Below, one piece after another: positions 1 through 7,107 of a DNA stretch of 59,371 nucleotides. This DNA is from a virus, in IMG/VR virus record IMGVR_UViG_3300048918_000104, positions 1 through 59,371 of that record; one strand, 5' to 3'. The position numbers and the translations under genes are program-made. The notes beneath the pieces are model-generated. The model saw only the letters and a program-made list of their open reading frames with translations, was not told the origin of the DNA and did no database searches. Position 1 is the first letter of the stretch; each line of letters begins with the position of its first letter.

Positions 1-90
1 AACTGCGTTATGTCGGTTAGCTCAGTTAGGTCGTTGATTTTAAAGGAAAAGCTCACTTACCGATTTTTCGGTCGGTTATGAACCGGCAAG

Positions 91-112
91 AAAAAAGGCC
101 GCCTAAGCGACC
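91..112 (-). terminator. Rho-independent terminator of the primase operon
   Basis: On minus strand GGUCGC-UUAG-GCGGCC (one G-U pair) followed by U6, about 20 nt after the stop codon at 132. Confidence 0.6.
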
Positions 113-115
113 TTT

Positions 116-127
116 GGAAGCACTTCC
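116..127. repeat. Palindrome variant with 2-nt centre
   Basis: GGAAGCACTTCC between the primase stop (132) and its terminator. Confidence 0.6.
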
Positions 128-131
128 AACC

Positions 132-2795
132 TCAAATATACTTCTCGTCGGCCGGTGATCCGATCCGGACGAACAGCTTGCACGGGCCGTATCTCGGTGC
201 GTAGTGCGTGTTTTTCGTGAATCTCCAGCCCTGAACGCTCGACATCGCGCGTCGGAAAGTCTCCGCTTTGCGGTCGTCACCCTTTGCAAGTACTTCCAAA
301 ACCTCCTTCGAACAGGTCATCGTGCGCAGAACCGGCTCCTGATCGTCCTCCCCGGAGAAGTTATCGGACAGCTTTTTGCAGTCCACCAGCGCCGGATGCG
401 CAGGCTCTTCGAGCCACAACTCCAGCGGCCCCTTCTCCCGATCCTCGGCGCTCTCGATCCGCCGCGACTCCTGCAACTCTTCGGCCCGGATGGCGGCCTC
501 ACTACCGTCAGCCAGGAACAGCGGCAGCTTGTGCGCCGGGTAGTCAATCAGCATGGCTCTGTAGAGCATCAGCGCTTCGGCGTAAAGCTGCGGAATGTTC
601 CGCTGCAGCTCGTCTATGTCGATGAACTTGACCAGACACTCGATAGGCCAGTAGCGCCGGTTGCCGGTCTTGTCGCGCAGATACTCCTTGTCGTTCGTCG
701 TCCCCCAAAACGTCGCCTGCCGCTTGTTGATGAGAGTTCGTCGACCATATGCCGGACGGGCCTTGTCGTTGTAGGCGGTGAAGAATGCCTTCAGCGCGCT
801 CGACTCGCTGCGATTGAACGTGTGCAACTCAGGTATCTCGACGACCATGACGCCCTCAAGCAACTCGGCCGTCTTCTTCGCGTCCGTCACCACGTCGCCC
901 CGCATCTCCGCAAACCAACCCATCGATAGCGTGTGGATGAAGTACGACTTCCGCTTGCCCTGCTTGCCTTCCAGAATCGGCACGTAGTCCCACTTATGCC
1001 CCGGCGTGTAAATCCGCGCGACCATCGCGACCATCACGAGTTCTGCGGTCTCCCGGTGATAGGCGTCATCAGGGCACCCGAGGTATTCGACGAAGAGGTA
1101 TTTCACGCGAGACTTTCCATCCCACTTCACGGACTCGAACGCCTGCTTGACGGGATGGAAGCGAAAGATGTCGGCAGCGAGTTCAATGCCGCCGATAACG
1201 TCCTGCTTCGACGGGCTGATCTGATAGCCGTTATGCGTCGAGCCCCCCGGAAGGCCGAGGAAGTACCGCATCTTCTCGTCATCCTTGTCCGTCCATGCGT
1301 CGCCCCGGATCGGGTCGTCAATCGGCTTTTCGATAACCTTCTTGCCGCCGACGAGCGCGCCGAGCGTACCGGCAGGGAAGTTGCGCCGCTTCACGATAGA
1401 CCGCGCGAACTCATCGTACGCGGCGATCCCGGCAACCCGCTTATCCTTCGTCAGAATTTCAACGACGTTGCGAAGTGTCGGCTTGATGACGCCGCCTTCA
1501 CCATGGTCGAGCTTCGTGATCCAGTTATCGGTATCGAGGTCGTCTTCGTCGTTACCGAGTGCGTCTTCTTTCCGGTCTTCGGCCTTCGCCTCTCCCGGCC
1601 GGGTCTCGGGCTGCTGCTCTTCTTCCTCATCCAGATCGGACATCGCCGCTTTCGTGAGCGACTCCAGATCGTACCGTTCCGACATCAACTCTTTTGCTAC
1701 CGCTTCGTCGGCGTCGAACTGCTCAACCATCGCCTTGAACGAGGGGTACTTCATGGGCGAAGTGTCGGCACGTACCTCGCCGTCGAGATGCGAGTACAGG
1801 TGCAGCCGGACAGCATCAAACGCGTTGTACGAGTGCCCGTTACCGCACGGATCGGAGGAGTGATGCGAGAACAGCAGGCCCTGCTCCGGATATACCAGAA
1901 CGCCGTTGGACTGACCTGTCTCAGACTTCAGATAGGTGTAGCGCACGCCGTTGGAACTAACTTCCGTCGAGCGCTCGTACACGTCAGCGAGGAACGTGTC
2001 GATAGCCTCTTCAATCGGATACGCCCGGTTGAACGCACCGACGATGCCCTTCTTCTCGAACGGGTTTTCCTGCTTCGTGCCAGGCGCGACGAGTTTGCCC
2101 AGCGTCTCGTCTTCCCGGCACGGCAGCTTCGAGAAGTCGCGCCAGTCGCCGAACTCTTCAAGCATCTTGTCCGCGTCGAGGAACGATCCTGTATTGCGCC
2201 CTGCGAGGAACTCGCCATCCCGGTTCGTGAGCGGCTTGTACATGATCTGCGCCAGCACGAACGACACGGTATCGACGTGAACCATCGTTGCGTCAAACTT
2301 CGACGCGAGAATGCGCGATGCAGCAACGAACTTCTCTGCGGCGATAGGCCGGACGAGCGGAACGATAATGCGGAACTTCGGTTTCTCGGGAGTGTGCGAA
2401 CGAGTCGTGTGCCAGATGAACTCGTTGGCGAAAAAGCCCTCACCCGAGTTGAGGTCGAACTGGAATTGAAGAAAGTCCTCGACAGGTAGATTGTCGATAT
2501 CGAGATTGAGGAAGCTGCGCTTCTGGATCGCGCGAGCAACGCGTTTCCCGTCATCGCAATGGCCGCCAACAATGAAGCCCGCACGCATCTTCTCCTTCTG
2601 CTTTTCGTCAGCAGAGAGTGCGTGGTACTGCTTCGTCGTCATGTCTGTACGGCGGTCACTCGTCAGAACATCGACCATCTTTCCCCATGGAGCCCTCTTA
2701 TTAGAGACGTAACCAAGACCGCGCGATCCACCGAGCGAGTACTCGATGATGCGATCAAGGTCTCCGTCATCTTTAACGACTGAGAGATGGGACAT
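132..2795 (-). CDS. DNA primase/helicase, VirE-family P-loop NTPase with N-terminal primase-polymerase-like region
   Basis: 887-aa ORF; Walker A-like LEGKQGKRKS and VirE-type C-terminal half; N-terminal half joined by a D/E-rich acidic linker; adjacent to PolA/DUF2800/DUF2815 module. Confidence 0.75.
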   Translation of the reverse strand: MSHLSVVKDDGDLDRIIEYSLGGSRGLGYVSNKRAPWGKMVDVLTSDRRTDMTTKQYHALSADEKQKEKMRAGFIVGGHCDDGKRVARAIQKRSFLNLDIDNLPVEDFLQFQFDLNSGEGFFANEFIWHTTRSHTPEKPKFRIIVPLVRPIAAEKFVAASRILASKFDATMVHVDTVSFVLAQIMYKPLTNRDGEFLAGRNTGSFLDADKMLEEFGDWRDFSKLPCREDETLGKLVAPGTKQENPFEKKGIVGAFNRAYPIEEAIDTFLADVYERSTEVSSNGVRYTYLKSETGQSNGVLVYPEQGLLFSHHSSDPCGNGHSYNAFDAVRLHLYSHLDGEVRADTSPMKYPSFKAMVEQFDADEAVAKELMSERYDLESLTKAAMSDLDEEEEQQPETRPGEAKAEDRKEDALGNDEDDLDTDNWITKLDHGEGGVIKPTLRNVVEILTKDKRVAGIAAYDEFARSIVKRRNFPAGTLGALVGGKKVIEKPIDDPIRGDAWTDKDDEKMRYFLGLPGGSTHNGYQISPSKQDVIGGIELAADIFRFHPVKQAFESVKWDGKSRVKYLFVEYLGCPDDAYHRETAELVMVAMVARIYTPGHKWDYVPILEGKQGKRKSYFIHTLSMGWFAEMRGDVVTDAKKTAELLEGVMVVEIPELHTFNRSESSALKAFFTAYNDKARPAYGRRTLINKRQATFWGTTNDKEYLRDKTGNRRYWPIECLVKFIDIDELQRNIPQLYAEALMLYRAMLIDYPAHKLPLFLADGSEAAIRAEELQESRRIESAEDREKGPLELWLEEPAHPALVDCKKLSDNFSGEDDQEPVLRTMTCSKEVLEVLAKGDDRKAETFRRAMSSVQGWRFTKNTHYAPRYGPCKLFVRIGSPADEKYI

Positions 2796-2813
2796 TAGAA
2801 CCCCGGAGAAGTG

Positions 2814-3077
2814 TTAAACAAGCTGCAGCGTGAAGTCATGCATGTTCTCGACATCGCGCACGAACGTGAACTTCTCGACAACGTAATTACGGTCGGCACG
2901 AGTCAGGATGGGGAGAAACTTGATACGGACTACTCGATTTTCGTCGATGATGACTTCCCGAAGAGCGTTAGCCAGATCGGCGCGCTGGTCGAGCAGGTAA
3001 GCGGACATATTGAGTGCGAAAGTCATGTGTTCCCGATTGAAAACGGACACAGCTACTGCGCAAGTTGGTTCAAGCAT
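2814..3077 (-). CDS. Hypothetical protein
   Basis: Lower-GC ORF in operon orientation between 3070..3774 and the primase; start uncertain (ATG 3077, 3026 or 3008); antisense ORF 2811..3104 is the competing reading. Confidence 0.4.
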   Translation of the reverse strand: MLEPTCAVAVSVFNREHMTFALNMSAYLLDQRADLANALREVIIDENRVVRIKFLPILTRADRNYVVEKFTFVRDVENMHDFTLQLV

Positions 3078-3774
3078 ACGGATACCCCACATCGGTCGGT
3101 TTAGCGGTGTAGTACTCAAGGGATGTAACCGCGTCCATAGCGGCATATTTCCGGTGAAACGCTGCCCACGACTCGACCAGTGCGATATCCCTAAAGGTTA
3201 CACTGTTTTTGCCGTCTACGACAGTCGTAATGTCCGAAAAAGACAGGTTTTCGGCCTTCATCCAGCGATTAAAGAGGTCGCCGAACGAGCTTCCGGTGTA
3301 TCGGTGTGTCAAAGGCTCGTTTGTCGGCCCGCTGATCGCACTTACGTTGCCCTGCTTCGCCTTCCAGCGTGACAGGAAGCCGTTGGCCTGCGGCGATACG
3401 ATCCGGCGCGCTGCTGCCTGAACCCATGAACGATGGCCGCCTGTGTCCGTGGCGAGCCGGTAAGACAAAGGAGCCCACGAGCCATCTTCGCGGATAGCGC
3501 GCAGGCCCCAATGTGCAAACGGCGTGCGTTCGGAAAACTCATTCCAGTGGATTCGCTGCAGGGACGGCTTGTCACAAAGATCGGGGTCCTCACTACCGTA
3601 GAAGTTCTCGACAAAGTTCGGCAGGCGCTCTTCGAACAGGGCGATGAAAAAGGCGCGGTCGCCGTTCTGCAGGAAGTCCTTGTGCCCGTACTTCGTCAGT
3701 CGCCGTTCGCACTCACGTCGAGCGGCCTGCTGGGAGGGGAAGACGTACTCACCGAAAGCGACTTCATTCGGCAT
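3070..3774 (-). CDS. Hypothetical protein (234 aa)
   Basis: ATG 3774 preceded by AAGGAGA; the longer ORF-track version (to 3861) adds an Arg/Ser-rich extension overlapping the upstream gene. Confidence 0.6.
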   Translation of the reverse strand: MPNEVAFGEYVFPSQQAARRECERRLTKYGHKDFLQNGDRAFFIALFEERLPNFVENFYGSEDPDLCDKPSLQRIHWNEFSERTPFAHWGLRAIREDGSWAPLSYRLATDTGGHRSWVQAAARRIVSPQANGFLSRWKAKQGNVSAISGPTNEPLTHRYTGSSFGDLFNRWMKAENLSFSDITTVVDGKNSVTFRDIALVESWAAFHRKYAAMDAVTSLEYYTAKPTDVGYPYA

Positions 3775-4069
3775 GGGCGCTCTCCTTGCGAGGATGGGTC
3801 GGGAACGCATCCGGGTTGAGCCATTCGCGCGGAGCGAGGTCGCGGCCGACGAGCTTCTCACACTTCTCGGCGATTTGCGGCGGCAGGCGCTGCAGGGCGA
3901 TCCAGTAGGAGATTTGCGAGATATGGACGCCGATCTTTTTAGCCAGGGCGGTAAAACTTCCCTCTTCCGTGCCGTAGATGGCGACGACGCGCAGCTTGAA
4001 CTTCAGTTCCGCGCAGCCGCGAGCGCCGAGGGGCAGCTTGCGGATGTGGCGGGGGTATTCGAGCGGCAT
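3764..4069 (-). CDS. Cro/YdaS-type helix-turn-helix regulator
   Basis: 101 aa from ATG 4069 (GGAGGA 6 nt upstream); HTH-like FTALAKKIGVHISQISYWI; first gene of leftward operon facing a divergent promoter region. Confidence 0.6.
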   Translation of the reverse strand: MPLEYPRHIRKLPLGARGCAELKFKLRVVAIYGTEEGSFTALAKKIGVHISQISYWIALQRLPPQIAEKCEKLVGRDLAPREWLNPDAFPTHPRKESAHAE

Positions 4070-4111
4070 CTTGTTGATCCTCCATAGAGTTTTGAGAGTG
4101 AAACGGGAGCG

Positions 4112-4140
4112 ATCATATACCTGTTGAGAACTGTTATGAA
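4112..4140 (-). promoter_or_regulatory. Candidate sigma70-type promoter for the leftward cro-primase operon
   Basis: Minus strand TTCATA-17 nt-TATGAT; spacer carries direct CTGTT repeats. Confidence 0.3.
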
Positions 4141-4169
4141 GCGTACATATAAATATTTTGTTAAGACCA

Positions 4170-4198
4170 TTGACAGCCAGATTGGCGCTCTGTAAAGT
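4170..4198 (+). promoter_or_regulatory. Candidate sigma70-type promoter for the rightward arm
   Basis: TTGACA-17 nt-TAAAGT, about 55 nt upstream of ATG 4255. Confidence 0.5.
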
Positions 4199-4254
4199 TC
4201 GTTTCCGTTGCAGGACGCAACGAACAAACACCACTCACTACTAGGAGCAACACC

Positions 4255-4614
4255 ATGTCGATTCTCGAAAACCTGCTGAAAGCCATCGAAGCCAACACCG
4301 CAGCTTTGGAAGCAAATACCAAAGCCCAGGCTGCAGGCGGCTCGGCAGGTACGGCGAAGGCCACGACCACGAAGGCCACGGCCACCAAGGAAACGAAGGC
4401 AGCAGCGCCGAAGTACTCGGCAGAAGAAGTGAAGGCTGCGGCGGTCAAGGTCAAGGACGCATTCGGCCAACCGGCGGCGAAGGAACTCATCAAGGAAGCC
4501 GGTAAGGCCGACGAACTGAAGGCCATCAAGCCGGAGAACTACGACGCGTTCGTCGAGGCTTGCGAAGCCAAGCTGGAAGCAGGCAACGAGCAGCAGCCGG
4601 GCGACGACCTGTAA
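4255..4614 (+). CDS. Hypothetical Ala/Lys/Thr-rich protein with C-terminal QPGDDL tail
   Basis: AGGAG RBS; 119 aa; followed by strong terminator. Confidence 0.7.
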   Translation: MSILENLLKAIEANTAALEANTKAQAAGGSAGTAKATTTKATATKETKAAAPKYSAEEVKAAAVKVKDAFGQPAAKELIKEAGKADELKAIKPENYDAFVEACEAKLEAGNEQQPGDDL

Positions 4615-4634
4615 GCAGCGCCGCGCTGTAGAAG

Positions 4635-4672
4635 ACGGCTCACGGATAGCTTCGGCACCGTGGGCCGTTTTT
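4635..4672 (+). terminator. Rho-independent terminator
   Basis: ACGGCTCACGG ... CCGTGGGCCGT 11-bp stem (one mismatch) followed by TTTTT. Confidence 0.65.
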
Positions 4673-4762
4673 ACTGGACCATTCGGAGACCAACGATGTC
4701 CTTTATCACCTTCTGGACTCTGATCCTGCACATGATGTATCAGCCGCCTCGGGAGCGCAAAG

Positions 4763-4972
4763 ATGCACCTGAACAAACAACAGAGGTATGAGCGCGCCCT
4801 CGCCCGCCGCGAAGGGCAGACAGCCTACGCGAACGGCCTGACGCTCGACAAGAACCCGTACGACGTTGGCACGGACTGCCACTGTCAATGGGATGTAGGC
4901 TGGGAGGAAGCTGCTCGCAGCGATGACAAGTCACCTGGCCTCAGTCTCGGAAATAACTTCCAAAACGCATGA
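4763..4972 (+). CDS. Rmf/CrpP-like small protein
   Basis: 69 aa; RYERALARREGQTAYANG..NPY..CQWDVGWEEA aligns by eye with E. coli RMF RLERAHQRGYQAG..CPY..SQWLGGWREA; GGGAG RBS. Confidence 0.5.
   Translation: MHLNKQQRYERALARREGQTAYANGLTLDKNPYDVGTDCHCQWDVGWEEAARSDDKSPGLSLGNNFQNA
4949..4961. repeat. Palindrome, one mismatch
   Basis: GGAAATAACTTCC, 7 nt before ATG 4969. Confidence 0.7.
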
Positions 4973-6300
4973 AACTCAGACCCGTCGATCTCGAAGAACT
5001 GGCAAGACGCGAGCGGTCGCACTCGATCTTCTCGCCCTCCAGTTCGCACATGTGGATGTCCTGCGCCGGTTCGCTGATTCCGAACGCGATGGCAGGCGAG
5101 TCGAACTCCTACGTGGCCGCCGAGGGAACCGTTGCTCACTCGGTAGCGGAAGAGTGGCTCGCGACCGGCGTACGGCCTCTCAGCCGTATTGGCGACCACG
5201 TTTGGGTCGGCGACGAGATCGACGGGTTCGATATCGAGATCACACGAGAGATGTTGGACCACGTACAAAGCTATGTGCGCTGGTGCAACGAACTGCCGGG
5301 CGACCATTACGTCGAAGCCCGGATCGACATCTCCCGTCTGACCCCGATCCCCAATCAGGGCGGCACGTCGGATCACGCGGCCTGCCACTGGACACCGGAA
5401 GATGGCGGTACGCTGTACGTGACTGACCTGAAGTTCGGCCTCGATATCATCAAGGCGAAGTGGAACTCGCAGCTTTTGCTCTACGCGCTCGGCCGGTTCT
5501 TCGAACTGGACTGGATTTACAGCTTCCGCCGAATTGTGTTGCGTATCGCACAGCCGCGCTGTGACAACTTTGATACATGGGAGATATCGCGCGATGAACT
5601 ACTCATCTTCGCCGGACAGGTCGTCGTTCGTGCGCAACAGGCTTGGCGTCTCAATGCTCCGCGTACGCCGAGTTCGAAGGCATGTCAATATTGCAGCGAG
5701 AAGGAAGTCTGCCCGGCCCGCCTCGTGTGGCTTGAGCGGCTTGTTGCGGGTCGCTTCGACGAGCTTTCGGTGGAAGTAACTTCCGATGAGATGATTGCTG
5801 CGCTCGAAGATATGCATGATCCGCTCGGTGGCGACATTTTCGACGTGCCTGCGGTAGAGTCGCTGTCGGTCGAGGACATGGGGTACATCCTGCCTCATCG
5901 CAGCATGATCGTGAACTGGTTCAAGGCGATGTTCGAGCGCGCCGAGCAGGCTGCTCTTGTTGACCGCATAGAAGTCCCGAACATGAAGCTCGTTCGCAAG
6001 AAGGGCTCGCGCGAATGGACTGAAGAAGAGGCCCGCATCAAGGCCGAGTGGGAGACGATGGGCCTCGACAGCGCGAAGCTGTTCGTGACGAAGATCATCA
6101 GCGTCGCGCAAGCTGAGAAAGAATTGATATCGGCAGGGATGAAGCCTGCTGACCGAAACATCTTCCTGACGCCGCTCTATGAAAAGCGCCAGGGAGGACC
6201 AACACTAGCGCCGCTTTCTGATAAGCGCGCTGTGTACGATGATGGGCTGGCAAGCCGCTTCGACGATATCGAAGATGACGACCCTGCCGATGATCTTTAA
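4969..6300 (+). CDS. PD-(D/E)XK (Cas4/RecB-like) nuclease, DUF2800-type
   Basis: N-terminal SPSSSHMWMSCAGS, DLKFG..NSQLLLYALG core, C-terminal CQYCSEKEVC cysteine cluster; ATGA-coupled to upstream gene; ends DPADDL. Confidence 0.85.
   Translation: MKLRPVDLEELARRERSHSIFSPSSSHMWMSCAGSLIPNAMAGESNSYVAAEGTVAHSVAEEWLATGVRPLSRIGDHVWVGDEIDGFDIEITREMLDHVQSYVRWCNELPGDHYVEARIDISRLTPIPNQGGTSDHAACHWTPEDGGTLYVTDLKFGLDIIKAKWNSQLLLYALGRFFELDWIYSFRRIVLRIAQPRCDNFDTWEISRDELLIFAGQVVVRAQQAWRLNAPRTPSSKACQYCSEKEVCPARLVWLERLVAGRFDELSVEVTSDEMIAALEDMHDPLGGDIFDVPAVESLSVEDMGYILPHRSMIVNWFKAMFERAEQAALVDRIEVPNMKLVRKKGSREWTEEEARIKAEWETMGLDSAKLFVTKIISVAQAEKELISAGMKPADRNIFLTPLYEKRQGGPTLAPLSDKRAVYDDGLASRFDDIEDDDPADDL
5772..5784. 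repeat. Palindrome GGAAG-N3-CTTCC, exact copy
   Basis: GGAAGTAACTTCC inside the nuclease CDS (read E-V-T-S). Confidence 0.9.
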
Positions 6301-6350
6301 TCCGTGAAAACGTTAATCCGACAATCCCGCAAAACCGAAGGAGTTTCAAA

Positions 6351-7010
6351 ATGGCAAAGCAAGAAGTCACCGTACTGAAGAAGGTCAAGAACGGCGTCCT
6401 GTATAGCGACGGCACGATCCGTATCGAGCGCGTGCGTCTCTCCTACCCGCACGTCGGCAAGGCGCACGCAATGCTCGACAAGAAGACCGGCCAGATGGGT
6501 AAGGCTATCTTTTCGCTGACGGCTCTCCTGAACAAGACCGAGCATGAAGAAGTCTGCAAGCTCATCACGGAGAACAACAAGCGCCTGATGGCTGAGAACA
6601 AGGTCGATAAGGTGAAGGCCGACGCCAAGTTCATCCGCGACGGCGACGGCGAACTTGTTGACAGCGAAGAGGCTATTGGACACTGGACTGTTTCGTGCCG
6701 CGAGAACCGCAAGCCGCTGGTCATGAACAAGGCCGGTCAGTTCATCGAAGCCGAAGAGGCTGAACAGATGTTCTACGGCGGCTGCTGGGGCCACGTCATC
6801 ATTCGTCCGTGGTATCAGGAGTCGCCGGAGTACGGCAAGCGCCTGAACTGCGGCTTCGTGTCGGTTCGCTTCTGGAAGGATGATGATTCGTTCGGTGAAG
6901 GCCGCATCAGTGCTGAAGATGTGGCAAACCGCTTCGGTGATATCGAGGACGACGAAGGCGCTGATGCAGGCGGCTTCGCTACGGCCACGGATGACGACGA
7001 CGATCTGTAA
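6351..7010 (+). CDS. ssDNA-binding protein, DUF2815-type
   Basis: 219 aa; VRLSYPHV start motif; acidic tail ending DDDDDL; canonical position between DUF2800 nuclease and DNA polymerase. Confidence 0.7.
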   Translation: MAKQEVTVLKKVKNGVLYSDGTIRIERVRLSYPHVGKAHAMLDKKTGQMGKAIFSLTALLNKTEHEEVCKLITENNKRLMAENKVDKVKADAKFIRDGDGELVDSEEAIGHWTVSCRENRKPLVMNKAGQFIEAEEAEQMFYGGCWGHVIIRPWYQESPEYGKRLNCGFVSVRFWKDDDSFGEGRISAEDVANRFGDIEDDEGADAGGFATATDDDDDL

Positions 7011-7063
7011 CCATAGAAGACACATAAATATCCTGTAGTGGGGACGCCCTTGAGGGCTTTGGG

Positions 7064-7090
7064 GGCCGACAGTACGTCGGCCTTCTTTTT
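7064..7090 (+). terminator. Rho-independent terminator
   Basis: GGCCGAC-AGTAC-GTCGGCC followed by TTCTTTTT. Confidence 0.7.
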
Positions 7091-7094
7091 GACT

Positions 7095-7107
7095 GGAAGT
7101 AACTTCT
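7095..7107. repeat. Palindrome, one mismatch
   Basis: GGAAGTAACTTCT, abuts the DNA polymerase ATG 7108, 4 nt after the terminator. Confidence 0.8.

Larger units (their letters stand above)
1..127. repeat. Terminal duplication, copy 1 (identical to 59245..59371)
   Basis: First 127 nt are letter-for-letter the last 127 nt of the window, direct orientation. Confidence 0.97.

Noticed and set aside
14-40. tRNA-like string GGTTAGCTCAGTTAGGTCG resembling a tRNA D-arm
   Set aside because: No complementary GAGC closing the D-stem. No anticodon or T-arm, and no acceptor stem can be drawn. It is more likely part of the CGGTTAG iteron set.
1-127. 127-bp duplication as a genuine direct terminal repeat of the virion DNA
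   Set aside because: The length equals a standard assembler k-mer. The phage also carries a lambda GpA/Nu1-type terminase, for which cohesive ends rather than long direct repeats are expected. This cannot be excluded without read data.
933-2489. Large antisense ORFs inside long genes (933..2489+, 12206..13321-, 17667..18680-, 25256..26926-, 29717..30454-, 41345..42394+, 49247..50137+ and similar)
   Set aside because: These are shadow ORFs opposite genes with clear family signatures. They are Arg/Leu/His-rich and are expected in 60% GC DNA.
2811-3104. Plus-strand 97-aa acidic ORF antisense to 2814..3077
   Set aside because: It would be a lone convergent gene inside a minus-strand operon. Its GTG start sits only 0-2 nt from the GGAGAA. 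The minus-strand reading fits the operon context better. This call is not certain.
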